64,000 nucleotides of DNA from Piedraia hortae CBS 480.64 (Eukaryota), in NCBI GenBank assembly GCA_010093745.1, contig MU005962.1, forward strand, positions 124,001 to 188,000, given 5' to 3'. A program made the translations under genes and the position numbers. The notes under the pieces are model-generated. The model was not told the DNA's origin and did no database searches. It was given only the letters and a program-made list of their open reading frames with translations. Below, one piece after another: positions 1 to 10,628 of the stretch; within the stretch, counting starts at the first letter, position 1, and the number at the start of each line of letters is the position of its first letter.

Positions 1-1134
1 CAGGAAGCCCATGTAGGGATTGGTATCACCGGAAAGGAGGGTCTCCAAGCCGCACGCACATCTGACTATTCCATCGCTCAGTTCCGCTTCTTGGCTAAAC
101 TACTGCTTGTTCACGGCCGTTGGAATTACATCCGCACTTGCAAGTACACGGTTGGGACGTTTTGGAAAGAAATGGTGTTTTACCTTACCCAAGGCCTCTA
201 TCAGCGTTGGGTGGGATACACAGGCACTTCGCTGTATGAGCCGTGGAGTCTGTCCATGTTTAACACGCTTTTCACATCTATTGTAAGTCTTTCCCAGCAG
301 GTCTTGGACGTAGACTAACCAACTGGTTTCCAGCTAGTGATATTCCTAGGCGTCCTAGAGCAGGACCTAAGGGCATCAACCCTCATCGCCGTGCCGGAGC
401 TTTATACCAAAGGCCAACGGGCAGGCGGGTTCAACTTCATCGTCTACTTTGGCTGGATGCTCATGGCCGTGTCAGAGTCTGTGATCATCTACTTTGTCGC
501 CTGGGGTTTGTACGGCAGAGCAGGCTTCGCAGCCGATCAGAGCATCTACCCCCTCGGCGTGCTTACCTTTTCCGCAGCCGTCTTTCTCTGCGCTACAAAA
601 CTGCAAGTGTTAGAGCAGCGAAACCGTACCTGGCTCGCTGGTCTCTGCTGGCTTATCTCTGTTGGTGGATGGACGTTGTGGAATATCATCCTCTCGTCCG
701 TCTACGGGAGGGGAACCAATCCGCAGTACCGCGTGAGGAATAATCTGCTGCATGACTTTGGGCGAAGCGGGCTATGGTGGTTGACGCTCGTGCTCGCCAT
801 CACGTCGTGCCTGCTACTGGAAGTTGTCGTGAGGGCACTCAAGTGTGCGTTCTTTCCTACTGATGTGGAGATGTTCCAGGTCGTGGAGAGGGACTTGGCC
901 GCTCGTAAGCGACTGGAGGACATCAGTGCTCCGTGGTTGCAGGCTGGACGGGATCATGGCAGCAAGAAAACCAGCGAGGAGTCGCAGAGGGAAGCTGAGG
1001 TTCAGGCCCAGAGGGAGGGTGAGGTGGAAGAACTGCTGAAGAGAGCTCGAGTGAGAGAGGAGAGACAGTCGAGAAGACGAACTACGGATTATGATGAGAT
1101 GCTATCTAGGGGGTTTGGTGCCGTGAGGGACTAG
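1..1134 (+). CDS. DNF3: P4-type phospholipid flippase ATPase (Dnf3-like), 3' part only; exons <1..282 and 334..1134
   Basis: Frame 1 reads QEAHVGIGITGKEGLQAARTSDYSIAQFRFLAKLLLVHGRWNY, the P4-ATPase signature. An intron at 283..333 (GTAAGT..CTAAC..CAG) joins FTSI to LVIFLG, followed by C-terminal TM helices. The subfamily call is less certain than the family call. Confidence 0.9.
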
Positions 1135-1292
1135 TTATCTTGTATGCCACAAAAGTTCATGTCTGTGTATCAGACAGGCGTTTGGGGGAGGGGGTGGCGT
1201 TTCGACGAGGTTTCACTCTGGACAGAAGTGGATGGTTCACTACAGTGGACGTGATTGCCAAATGCGAGTTAGTTGAAGCCTTCAGGACGAAC

Positions 1293-1297
1293 CGTCA

Positions 1298-1329
<32 letters not shown>

Positions 1330-1340
1330 GACGACGTCGC
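1293..1340. repeat. (CGT)n/(CAT) trinucleotide microsatellite
   Basis: cgtcatcgtcatcgtcgtcgtcgtcgtcgtcgtcgacgacgtcgc seen directly in intergenic DNA. Confidence 0.85.
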
Positions 1341-1762
1341 GGTTGATGGGCATGAACCAAAGCGCCGGTAGGGCCGAGGCCATAAATAGCAAAAACGATG
1401 TTATGGGGGGTTAATTAACCGGCAAAAGAGGGGGGGCGTCCAGCCCCCGTTTCATTTTTCGCAGAAGGAGCGAAACCCGACACCGGAAACTTCTTTTTTC
1501 CTCCTCCTCCGTTGCCGTGTCGCTGTTTTTTTCCTCCTCTGTGCATCTACTCCTACGCGTGTAGCAGCAACAACAAACAGTAGCAGCGAGAACATCATTC
1601 AGAGTGTTTTTTTGGGCTTGTTCTCGTTTGATTGGAGAGTGCGCCGAGGCTGGGGGGGAAGCCAAACCGGTGGCGAGCCGGGCGCTTGGAAAGAGTCAGC
1701 CCTCTCTTCAGCATACCGTCGCCCTTTTATCTGTCCGCCCGCGCTCAGCTTCGTAGACGACG

Positions 1763-3532
1763 ATGCGCGAAGCAAATTTCAGCTTCCCAAATGCCAACAA
1801 GGCGTCGGTTGGCATCACGACGGCGCTCTATGACCGTCGCGCGCTCGACTGCACGTCGACGCTGCCGCTGATCAACTCGCTCAACAACCTCGCCTATCTG
1901 ACGACGTCGTCGGGCCGCATTCGGGACATCCTGACGGTTGATGGCGGCGTCGAGCGGCTGGTGTGCATCCTGAAAGAAGGCCGTAACAAGGACCTGATGG
2001 AGATGTGGAAGTGGAATCTGGCGTTCAAATGCATCGTTGAGATTGGCGTGCGCGGGTCTGAAAAGGTGCGCACGCGGGTGGTTGAGGCGGATATGGTGCC
2101 GGTCATTGCCACGGTGCTGGATAACTACTTTCGCGCCATGGAGAAGTTGAAAGAGTGCGCTGATGCTGAATCGCGCCGGCGCGGCACTTCGCGGTCTGTT
2201 ACGAAATCTGCGAGGAAGCAGGCGCGGCCGCCGCCAATCAACATACCGGATGCTCGCGAAGGCGGCGAAGACGAGACTGTCGATGCGACTCCAACCGGTC
2301 CCGTCCCAAGCTCGCCCCCCGCCCGCGCAATCTTCTCCCGCGATTCTTCCAGCGCCCAGCCAACGCCCGTGTCGACGTCGGGAACATCGCCGCTGCAGCC
2401 GGTGCGCGATATCGACCGTCTGCCGTCCATGGTGCCGTTGTTGAACGTTGATCTGAGCTCGCGGCCGCAGTCCCCGACGACACCCCATGCGCCAGTATCC
2501 CGGGCAGGCGGTGCGGGTCAGCGTCGGCCGACAATCCGCGCCCCTGTCTCTATCAGCGAATTTGACAGCGACGACAACGTACAGGTCAGTCGATTGGCGG
2601 GTGCAGGCGGGGACGCAGACGGCGGCAGCGACGTTGTAATGCAGGACATTGTGGACGCGGAAGTTCTGGTAGAGGCCCAAGGTCACGTTGTTGCGGTACG
2701 GGTGCCAGATATTTCCAGCAACGACGACGACGACGACGCGTTCAACATGGCAGCCCACCAATCAACCGACGACGGCAACGTTAACGTCAACGTCAATACA
2801 GCCACAACCCAAGCCGCAGATGAAGTCCAAGTACCCCTCCCACCCGTCCAAATAACCCCCATGATCCACGTCGGCAACTCGACTCCAACCCCCCGACGCA
2901 CCGGCTACAACACCCTCAACGTCCCCCCAAACCGCACCTTACCCCCCGCCATCTCGGCCGCCATCCCACGCGACGAAGACGTGCTAATGTCCCTCCAACT
3001 CCTCGCCTACGTGTCCAAATACTGCAACCTCCGCTCCTATTTTCAAAACGCGCACCTCGTCCCCCGCCTCCAAATCACCCGTGAACTCGACTCCTGGGAC
3101 CCCGACGACCCTTCAGGAACCTACACCCCACCCACCCAACCCGACCTCGATGCAGACTGGGATAACGAATTCCTCCAAACCCCAGAATCGACCATAAACA
3201 TATTCCCCCTAATCGAAAAATTCACCACAAAACCCTCGTCCTCTTCCTCCTCGCGCAACATCTCCCCCGAGCAGAAAAGCATGCAATACTGGGCTGGAAT
3301 CGTGATGCGGAATCTATGTCGGAAAGACGACTCTCGCGGCGGCATCAGACAGTGTGCGTACTGGAAGTGTGGGAAATGGGAGGAGATTCCGAGACAGTTT
3401 GCAAAATGTAGGAGGTGTAGGCGGACGAAATATTGCTCCAAGGAATGTCAGAAGGGCGCGTGGGGGAGCCATCGGTTCTGGTGTGTGGCTGCGGAACAGG
3501 GGGGGGGAGGGGGTCGACTTGGGGGACAATAG
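1763..3532 (+). CDS. samB: MYND zinc-finger protein SamB/Mub1
   Basis: N-terminus MREANFSFPNANKASVGITTALYDRRALDCTS and a C-terminal MYND finger (CAYWKCGKWE..FAKCRRCRRTKYCSKECQKGAWGSHRFWC); single 589-aa ORF. Confidence 0.93.
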   Translation: MREANFSFPNANKASVGITTALYDRRALDCTSTLPLINSLNNLAYLTTSSGRIRDILTVDGGVERLVCILKEGRNKDLMEMWKWNLAFKCIVEIGVRGSEKVRTRVVEADMVPVIATVLDNYFRAMEKLKECADAESRRRGTSRSVTKSARKQARPPPINIPDAREGGEDETVDATPTGPVPSSPPARAIFSRDSSSAQPTPVSTSGTSPLQPVRDIDRLPSMVPLLNVDLSSRPQSPTTPHAPVSRAGGAGQRRPTIRAPVSISEFDSDDNVQVSRLAGAGGDADGGSDVVMQDIVDAEVLVEAQGHVVAVRVPDISSNDDDDDAFNMAAHQSTDDGNVNVNVNTATTQAADEVQVPLPPVQITPMIHVGNSTPTPRRTGYNTLNVPPNRTLPPAISAAIPRDEDVLMSLQLLAYVSKYCNLRSYFQNAHLVPRLQITRELDSWDPDDPSGTYTPPTQPDLDADWDNEFLQTPESTINIFPLIEKFTTKPSSSSSSRNISPEQKSMQYWAGIVMRNLCRKDDSRGGIRQCAYWKCGKWEEIPRQFAKCRRCRRTKYCSKECQKGAWGSHRFWCVAAEQGGGGGRLGGQ

Positions 3533-3604
3533 TTTGCAGGAGGGAGTAGGGATGCTTAGCGTTACGATGATTGATGATACTGGGTAGAGGGGTTTTGTTT
3601 GGGG

Positions 3605-3636
3605 TTTTTTTTTTTTTTTGTGTGTGTGTGTGTGTG
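3605..3636. repeat. poly-T tract followed by (TG)n microsatellite
   Basis: Seen directly downstream of the samB stop. Confidence 0.85.
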
Positions 3637-4441
3637 CTTTGGGGGAATAGGAGTAGGTGTGCATGAGTAGCGTTTATGCATTTTTCTTTTTTTTTTGTTT
3701 TTTTGAAAGATTAGATGATTTGTGGGTCTGTGTGTGCGCCAAGATTGGTTCCTTGGGTTGAGTTGACGGCTTGGTGATGTTACTTGTTAGAGGTTCTGTT
3801 TTTCATGCGAAGGAATTGGTACCTATGTTTTGAGGTAGCAATATGAGGGAAGTGAAAAACATGTCATCGTAGTGACGACTTTCTCGGATTCACCAGCGTG
3901 ACCGTTCACCTAGTTCTGTTGCTTGTCACGAAACTTGTACAATCTACATATGATATCATGATATTCCTGTGAAGTGGCATTTCATGCTTCAAATACTATC
4001 AAGAGAAGATCGAGTCATCGTCACGATAACATATCACTATGCTGTTGATGGTGGATGGAAAACGATACCGTGAAGAAATGCCCTCAATTTCATGACGTAG
4101 CGAGAAGTTTTTACGCACCCAGTGACTACTCTAATTTGGTTGGACCAATCCCGAAACATTGTTAGCCAAGGTGACTGCAAATTGGGACCTGGCCATTACG
4201 GCTGAAGATACGAGCCGGAAAGATCTGCCACCAGCAATTACCCCTGCTCTTCCGCGGACATGCATACATCAACCTGACCCAATTGCTATCATTGGCTGCC
4301 CACCGAGATAAGCCACTTCAAGAAACTCCCCAATGACATCAATCCAAAAAAAGGATCATCAGAGTACGGCTCCCCACCACCGCAAGCTACCCCACCCAAA
4401 ACCCCTCTTCCCCCTTCTCCCTTGCATCTCTCATCCACATC

Positions 4442-5254
4442 ATGTCCCAACCCGTCACAGTCCCAACCGCCTCCCTGCACGGCAAAGTCGCCCTCGTAAC
4501 GGGCGCGGGCCGTGGCATCGGACGCGGATGCGCAATCGAACTCGGCCGCCGCGGCGCCAGCGTAGTCGTCAACTACGCCAACAGCAAGTCCTCGGCGGAC
4601 GAAGTCTGCAAAATCATCACCGGACTGGGCAATGGAGCCAAAGCCGTCTCCATTCAAGCCGACGTCAGCAAAGTCTCTGAAATCGACAGATTGTTCCAGG
4701 AAGCAAAAAAAGCTTTTGGGCGGATCGATATCGTCATGAGCAACAGCGGTACCGAGTCCTGGGATAAGACTGAGGAGATCACAGAGGAGAAGTATGATCA
4801 TGTCTTCAACCTCAATGCTCGTGCGCAGTTTTTTGTGGGTCAGGCTGCGTGGAAGCATCTCGAGAAGAATGGGAGGTTGATTCTCATGACTTCGATCGCG
4901 GCTGGGCTGCTGGGTGTGAGGGATCATGTGCTTTATAATGCGTCGAAGATGGCGGTTATCGGAATGGTGAAGGCCTTCGCGACGGATTTTGGGGTCAGGG
5001 GGATTACGGTCAATGGCGTTGCGCCTGGTGGGATCAAGTCGGATATGTTTGCCCAGAATGCTTGGCACTACATCCCCGGCGCAACGCCAGAGTGGCCTGC
5101 TGATAAGATTGAGACGCTCATGGCGGAACATTGTCCCCTTAAGCGCTGCGCTGTGCCGGAGGATGTGGCTCGTGTTGTGGCCTTCTTGGCGTCGGAAGAC
5201 GGCGGGTGGGTCAATGGACAGGTCATCACCATTTCGGGAGGTTCGTCGCAGTAA
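4442..5254 (+). CDS. 4HNR: Short-chain dehydrogenase, 1,3,6,8-tetrahydroxynaphthalene reductase-like (DHN melanin)
   Basis: TGAGRGIG Rossmann motif, MSNSG, catalytic YNASK, and GGIKSDMF..NAWHY, all typical of 4HNR/Arp2-type reductases. Confidence 0.85.
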   Translation: MSQPVTVPTASLHGKVALVTGAGRGIGRGCAIELGRRGASVVVNYANSKSSADEVCKIITGLGNGAKAVSIQADVSKVSEIDRLFQEAKKAFGRIDIVMSNSGTESWDKTEEITEEKYDHVFNLNARAQFFVGQAAWKHLEKNGRLILMTSIAAGLLGVRDHVLYNASKMAVIGMVKAFATDFGVRGITVNGVAPGGIKSDMFAQNAWHYIPGATPEWPADKIETLMAEHCPLKRCAVPEDVARVVAFLASEDGGWVNGQVITISGGSSQ

Positions 5255-5320
5255 ACGTGTCAAGCTGTCAAGTTATATGTCAATAAAGCCTCGTTGAGCT
5301 GTCAATAAATATAGACCAGT

Positions 5321-7627
5321 TTACGTTCCCTTTTGATCCTCTGCCCGTGAAAGCTGCGAGTAAAACTGCCTTACTCGGTCATGGGCAACGACCTTTGACG
5401 GGTCAAAGCGAAGAACCTGCAGTCCTTCCATGGACGTAGCACGAGAAAGCGCAACATACGCCTGTCCCTTCTCAAAAACCTTTCCCAAATCAACCTTTAC
5501 CCGCTGCAGCGTCTGACCCTGCGCTTTGTGAATCGACAGCGCCCAAGCGAGGATCAGCGGAATCTGAGACCGTGAGGCCTGAACTTCACCATTCGGTAAC
5601 TCAACTTTCCAGGATTCGGGCTGACAGAGTAAATCACGCGTTGTGCCGTCCGCCAAATCGAACCGCACGACGGGATATTCGCGCGCTGTAGAATACCCAC
5701 CAACACCGCCTGTTCCGGTATCCTCCCCATCGATTTTATCGCTTTGGATATATCGTTCAAACGTACTTTCGTTCATAAACGCCACGACGCTTCCGAGACT
5801 CCCGTTCACGAGCCCATCGTCCATGTTCTTGATAAGCATCACCTGCGCGCCCTTCTTCAGGGTAATTGCCTCAGGCGCCATGCAGTTGTTCAGAAGTCTG
5901 TCTCGAAACTCTTTATCTGTGATCGTCCCTCCATCTCGTGCCTCAAAACACACCGCCGCGCCCTGTAAATGCCGCAGCCGCTCCATGTTCGCGCGATCGA
6001 CCTCCTGCCGCGTCGGGAACAACTCCGTGGCGACCAAACCGTCATGGTAGTCCAACTCACGGCTAAGTCCGCGAAAACTCTGGATAGATTTCTGCGACAG
6101 CCGGCCCTCGCGCATTTCGTTTAGCATCCCTGCAAAGACAGGATCGCTTTGGCGGAAAACCTGGTGCAGTGCTATCGTGTGTTCAATCACCGTGTTCCAT
6201 GTCGCGGCGTCAAACGCGAATTTGGCTGCGCGGGTTCCTTGGTCAGGGACGGGTGGGAGCTGGAAGAAATCGCCAGTGATGACGAGTTGGATGCCACCAA
6301 AGGGTTTCCCGCTGTTGCGAATCTGTCGCGCTACAGCTTCTAGTTTGTCGAAAAGGTCGGAATCAACCATGGAGATTTCGTCGATGATGAGGACTTTGGT
6401 CCGCATCCAGCGGTTTTTGGCTTTGGGGTTTCGTTTGATTTTCTTCACGAGTTGTGGGACGTCGTCTTTTCCTAAGCCGATTCCGGCGAAGCTGTGGAGG
6501 GTTACGCCGCCAATGTTGCATGCTGCTAATCCTGTTGATGCTGTTACTGCCACCCGGTCTGTTTCTCGCTTGTATTTTTGGCGTAAGGCCCGGATGATGG
6601 CCCGTAGGAGGACGGATTTTCCTGTTCCGGCTGAGCCGGTGAAGAAGACGCTTTTGGCTTGGTCGACGGCTAGTTTGAGTACGTAGCGTTGCTCGTGGCT
6701 TAGGTTGATGTCGGGTATTCCGACCTTGCCGCTCTTTACTTTGATAGGGTTGATTATCGTCGCGCTGCCGCCCTTGCGCTCTTCCCGGAGCATTTTCTGC
6801 TGCTCCTTGACCGCGCTCGCACTCGTGTTCCATAGATGCTGCCGCTCTTTGCCCGCGCGTTGGGGGGTGGACACGGCATCTTGGCGCAGACGAGGTACCT
6901 TTGCGGGTGCTGCTTGAACGGGCTGGGTGGAGGCTGCGTCGCGCTCCGTAGCCCAGGGCAATTTCCGCTTGGGTTTTGTCTGAGGCGGCGGTGGGCCGTT
7001 CTGCTCCGCCTGCACTGTCTGGCCGAGTCCACGCGGGATTGCAGGCAGGGCAGGTGCAGCTTCGGGGCGCGCAGGAGAAGACGACCACGGCAGGGGAGCA
7101 CTACTCCCTGGAGGGATCTGCTGCGCAGCTATTTGGGGAAGGGTTGGGTACTTGGCCAGTGGAGATTTGATTGTCGATGGTGCTGCTACAGGCTGCGCGC
7201 TTCGAATGGCTGCCATTTCCTCCTCAAAATCCTCGTCAATGTCGACATCGCTGTCGAATTCATCCTCGAAAAGCTCCGTCTGGGTATTAGTCTTGGCGTC
7301 TTCCACCACGATGCGCCGTCCCTGGGGCGCTCCGCTGTTGAATGAGCCGCTGCATGCCTGAGCCAGTCCAGATGTCGGTTTCTTGAGTCCGCTGTGGAAT
7401 CCCGTGACGTTCGCCGCACCGTTTACAACAGGCGTGATCGAATTGAGAGGGTATCGAGAACTGCTGGATGTGCTCGGCTTAGTCTGTTCTCTTGCTGCGC
7501 GCGCCGTATTTTCCTTTTCGCTTCGTCGGACTTCGCGGCTGAACATTCTGGCGTATTGGGAGGCTGATGGGTGGAAGGGACGAAGAGCGACAACCGTAAC
7601 CAAGCGACGGTGGGCTCTCACAATCAT
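5321..7627 (-). CDS. PIF1: PIF1-family 5'-3' DNA helicase
   Basis: Motifs [47 protein letters not shown] and [10 protein letters not shown]. In-frame ATGs at 7627 and 7546. Confidence 0.96.
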   Translation of the reverse strand: MIVRAHRRLVTVVALRPFHPSASQYARMFSREVRRSEKENTARAAREQTKPSTSSSSRYPLNSITPVVNGAANVTGFHSGLKKPTSGLAQACSGSFNSGAPQGRRIVVEDAKTNTQTELFEDEFDSDVDIDEDFEEEMAAIRSAQPVAAPSTIKSPLAKYPTLPQIAAQQIPPGSSAPLPWSSSPARPEAAPALPAIPRGLGQTVQAEQNGPPPPQTKPKRKLPWATERDAASTQPVQAAPAKVPRLRQDAVSTPQRAGKERQHLWNTSASAVKEQQKMLREERKGGSATIINPIKVKSGKVGIPDINLSHEQRYVLKLAVDQAKSVFFTGSAGTGKSVLLRAIIRALRQKYKRETDRVAVTASTGLAACNIGGVTLHSFAGIGLGKDDVPQLVKKIKRNPKAKNRWMRTKVLIIDEISMVDSDLFDKLEAVARQIRNSGKPFGGIQLVITGDFFQLPPVPDQGTRAAKFAFDAATWNTVIEHTIALHQVFRQSDPVFAGMLNEMREGRLSQKSIQSFRGLSRELDYHDGLVATELFPTRQEVDRANMERLRHLQGAAVCFEARDGGTITDKEFRDRLLNNCMAPEAITLKKGAQVMLIKNMDDGLVNGSLGSVVAFMNESTFERYIQSDKIDGEDTGTGGVGGYSTAREYPVVRFDLADGTTRDLLCQPESWKVELPNGEVQASRSQIPLILAWALSIHKAQGQTLQRVKVDLGKVFEKGQAYVALSRATSMEGLQVLRFDPSKVVAHDRVRQFYSQLSRAEDQKGT

Positions 7628-7681
7628 ACAGTGAAGTCCCTATATACAAGCAAAAAACATTGGGCCGTGGTGTTCGTCTAC

Positions 7682-7710
7682 ACGCGCGACGCGACGCGAA
7701 AATAACGCGC
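7682..7710. promoter_or_regulatory. Cluster of MCB-like (ACGCG) elements and an SCB-like CGCGAAA upstream of PIF1
   Basis: acgcgcgacgcgacgcgaaaataacgcgc contains four ACGCG cores 55-85 bp upstream of the PIF1 ATG. Confidence 0.7.
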
Positions 7711-8004
7711 TTGATCGTTACGGACCGTCCCTTTACAGCTGCACCCTGACGAAGCCAAATTGCACATCACTTCATCGAGCAAACAGATGCACCTGCGTCA
7801 GATGAGCAGGTTTATTTGTAGATCCATCTCTGGTAAACGGATAGACCGAATAGTGACTAGCCTGTTGTCTCACCGTAACCTTTGTAACCACCGTGACGTC
7901 TGACGGGCTCTGTGACTGCTGGCTCTGACGTCACCATGACGTATCTCAACCCCCCAATGATCCAACACTCTACCCTGTCAAGTTGACAGCCATCAAAAGA
8001 CAAG

Positions 8005-10119
8005 ATGGAGAGCGCCTTTCTGGACCTGCCTGTTGACATCTTCCATCTCATCTTTCCCCTACTAGATGCCACCGACTTCCTCAACCTCACTTCGACATGT
8101 AAACAACTACACCAACCCGAATTCGTAAACGATGCTCCATATTGGTCCAAACTCATCCGAAAGACGTTCCGTGTGCCCAACCAGCCTGTGGCACAACATG
8201 ATGGCGAGCGTTGGAAGAAGCTCTACAAGCGCATGTACACTCAGACCAGGGTTTTTAGCTGGGGAAGTAATGACAACTGCCGTCTGGGTCAGTCGTGGAA
8301 CGCGGTCGAAAGCATTGCGATGCCCGGCCGTCCAACTCGTACCCTTCATGTGGCCCAGGAAAGATGCGTCAGCTGGCCGGGCGAGATGACAGGCATGGAT
8401 CAAGTCGGAGTCGTTGCCGATGTTCAGGCTGGTGGCTGGTCAACCGTCCTGCTGTCCTCCAAGGGAGCTCTATACATTGTCGGTGTTCTGAATGGTCTGG
8501 GTCAAAACATGTTCAGATGTCGCCCGAGTGCGGTGCCGACCCCATTGGAGTATCCCCCGGGGCTCCCGCCGCCGCATGAGCGCTATGACTCCTCCACCGC
8601 TATTGCATCCTTCTCAGTAGGACGTGCACATGTTTTGGGGATTTCTGATAGCGGACGCATCTGGTGTTGGGGCAATAACGGCGAGTCTGCGTTGCGAGTT
8701 CAATTCGCCCAACATGACCTGGTAGAGAGCTCGGGTCACGGTCTAAATACGGTGCAGAAGGTGGTCGCTGGATGGGACATGAGCGCTGCACTAATCGTTG
8801 GAACGGGAATTGTCATCTGGCGGCCTGCAACCCGATCGCAGGACCTCACTGCGATGGAGGATACCGCCATCGTTCAGGATGCTGTTGTCGTGCCTGGCAC
8901 CTCGTACAGCTCTGCCCATTCAGTCAACAAGGATCTGGCAGGAGCAGTTGGGGAGGTGCGCAATTTCATCGTCCTAGAGCACTATATTCTATTCAACACG
9001 TCGATTGGCAAGATCTTTGTTTGGAACCACATCACGCAGGACATGCCCAGGCCAGTCGAACTCGTCTGGGAACAAGATGAGTTCGCAACTGATGTGCAAG
9101 GATCGTTCCGATCGTTTGCCGTTTTCACACGCTCTGATGGTGTGTTGACCAGCACCCAAGATCGTCTGGAACAATACTTGCAGCCTCTAGAACTAGACGA
9201 GCGCCCTACACTCTTCGCTCGCATCCCCGCTCTGCAGAACAAGAACGTCATAAGTCTTGCATTTGGCGACCATCACTTCCACGCACTCCACTCACAGGGC
9301 TACATTACTAGCTATGGCCACGAGCCACAGTCCTGCGGTGCCCTAGGACTTGGTGGCGGTCGTCAGCCTGATGGCCGTCTCCGTGGCATCAGATACCAAA
9401 ACGTCCTCGGCGACGGCAGGCTCGTACCGCATGCCTATACCGAAGGCCGTCGGGTTTGGTTCGAGAAAGAAAAGCGTGCCTGGATCTGGTACCTAACATC
9501 CGGTGCCTCCGATCCCGAAGAGAGCCAAGAACGCATGCGCATGACGCTAGGCACACAAGACACCACGGCCCAAGGCGAAGTCAGCGAGTGGGTCGAGCAA
9601 CAAGGTCGAGACTGGGGCGAGAAACTCGGTGTTGCCAACGACCAAGACGACGGCATGGATGCATACTTTGTCCTCGGCGTAACAGCCGCAGGCTGGCACT
9701 CTGCTGCCCTAGTCCTCGTTAACGAAGAATGGGCCGCCCGCGTGCGCGAAGCATGCGAAATCCCAGACGTCCCTGCTGATCCTGATGTCAACTACAGCAG
9801 CTTTCCCCAATGGCTATGCAGCACAGCAAGGTCCTACACCCGCTGGGGTCTTGGTATGACAAGTCCACCAACACAGGATACCCGACCATCTCTCGCCAAC
9901 GGCGTCCGAATCGAACGCCTCAATCCCTCCTCAGAAATCGCATACGGCGCCGCACCTAGGAGAGGGTATAAATACATTTGGGCCGCGAACGGAGATAAAT
10001 TCCCTCGTCTGATTCTCTCTGATGGGACGGAAATGCCTGGCTCCGGGCCGTTTGATACGTGGAGATATGACCGTCCGGAGTTTAAATTAGATTTGCAGAG
10101 TTTGGGGTTGGGTTCGTAA
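8005..10119 (+). CDS. SAF1: F-box + RCC1-repeat protein (SCF-associated factor 1-like)
   Basis: N-terminal F-box (FLDLPVDIFHLIFPLL..LTSTCK), then RCC1-like repeats (VFSWGSNDNCRLG, AGGWST, AFGDHHFHAL, AAGWHSAAL). Confidence 0.85.
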   Translation: MESAFLDLPVDIFHLIFPLLDATDFLNLTSTCKQLHQPEFVNDAPYWSKLIRKTFRVPNQPVAQHDGERWKKLYKRMYTQTRVFSWGSNDNCRLGQSWNAVESIAMPGRPTRTLHVAQERCVSWPGEMTGMDQVGVVADVQAGGWSTVLLSSKGALYIVGVLNGLGQNMFRCRPSAVPTPLEYPPGLPPPHERYDSSTAIASFSVGRAHVLGISDSGRIWCWGNNGESALRVQFAQHDLVESSGHGLNTVQKVVAGWDMSAALIVGTGIVIWRPATRSQDLTAMEDTAIVQDAVVVPGTSYSSAHSVNKDLAGAVGEVRNFIVLEHYILFNTSIGKIFVWNHITQDMPRPVELVWEQDEFATDVQGSFRSFAVFTRSDGVLTSTQDRLEQYLQPLELDERPTLFARIPALQNKNVISLAFGDHHFHALHSQGYITSYGHEPQSCGALGLGGGRQPDGRLRGIRYQNVLGDGRLVPHAYTEGRRVWFEKEKRAWIWYLTSGASDPEESQERMRMTLGTQDTTAQGEVSEWVEQQGRDWGEKLGVANDQDDGMDAYFVLGVTAAGWHSAALVLVNEEWAARVREACEIPDVPADPDVNYSSFPQWLCSTARSYTRWGLGMTSPPTQDTRPSLANGVRIERLNPSSEIAYGAAPRRGYKYIWAANGDKFPRLILSDGTEMPGSGPFDTWRYDRPEFKLDLQSLGLGS

Positions 10120-10288
10120 TGTGGTGGATGATCCTATGAATTGACGTTTGTTTACATACTTTTTTTTTTTTTTTTGATTCGTAGCTGTTTTCCTAACCAT
10201 CTCAACGTGAGATGAATTTGAGGGCTACACAATTCTATGTAGGTATATATATAATGCTTTCTACATTGCTAACATGGTGGTAAAACCG

Positions 10289-10379
10289 GCCGGGGTAGCT
10301 CAATCGGTAGAGCGTGTGGCTCTTAGTTCTCTAGGAGTAAGAAACCTCAAGGTCGCGGGTTCGAGCCCCGCCTTCGGCT
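10289..10379 (+). tRNA. tRNA-Lys(CTT) with 18-nt intron (10326..10343)
   Basis: Acceptor stem GCCGGGG/CTTCGGC, D-arm TAGCTCAATCGGTAGAGC, anticodon CTT at 10322-10324, intron one base 3' of the anticodon, T-loop GGTTCGAGCC. Confidence 0.93.
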
Positions 10380-10628
10380 ATTCCTATTAAAAGGCATAAT
10401 CAGGCTCAACCACTTCTTTTTTTGCCGATCCTCCTCCTGGGAGGAAGATTTGGTTTTTGCTGCTGATATTACGTCGAGGTGTGCTGTCTTGAGCATGTTG
10501 GTTGTTTGATTCGGATGGAAGAGAGGCAATTGAGATTCAAAAGTCTTCAACACCACCGTCTATCATACAACTGAGATGGAACATCCACACGTAAAAACAG
10601 TTCAGATACTATCACTACAATCTCCCTC

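Noticed and set aside
1745..2761. 338-aa minus-strand ORF
   Set aside because: Antisense to the GC-rich part of samB; no independent coding signal.
4289..5263. 324-aa minus-strand ORF overlapping the reductase
   Set aside because: An antisense shadow of the SDR gene, a common codon-bias effect; no recognisable motifs.
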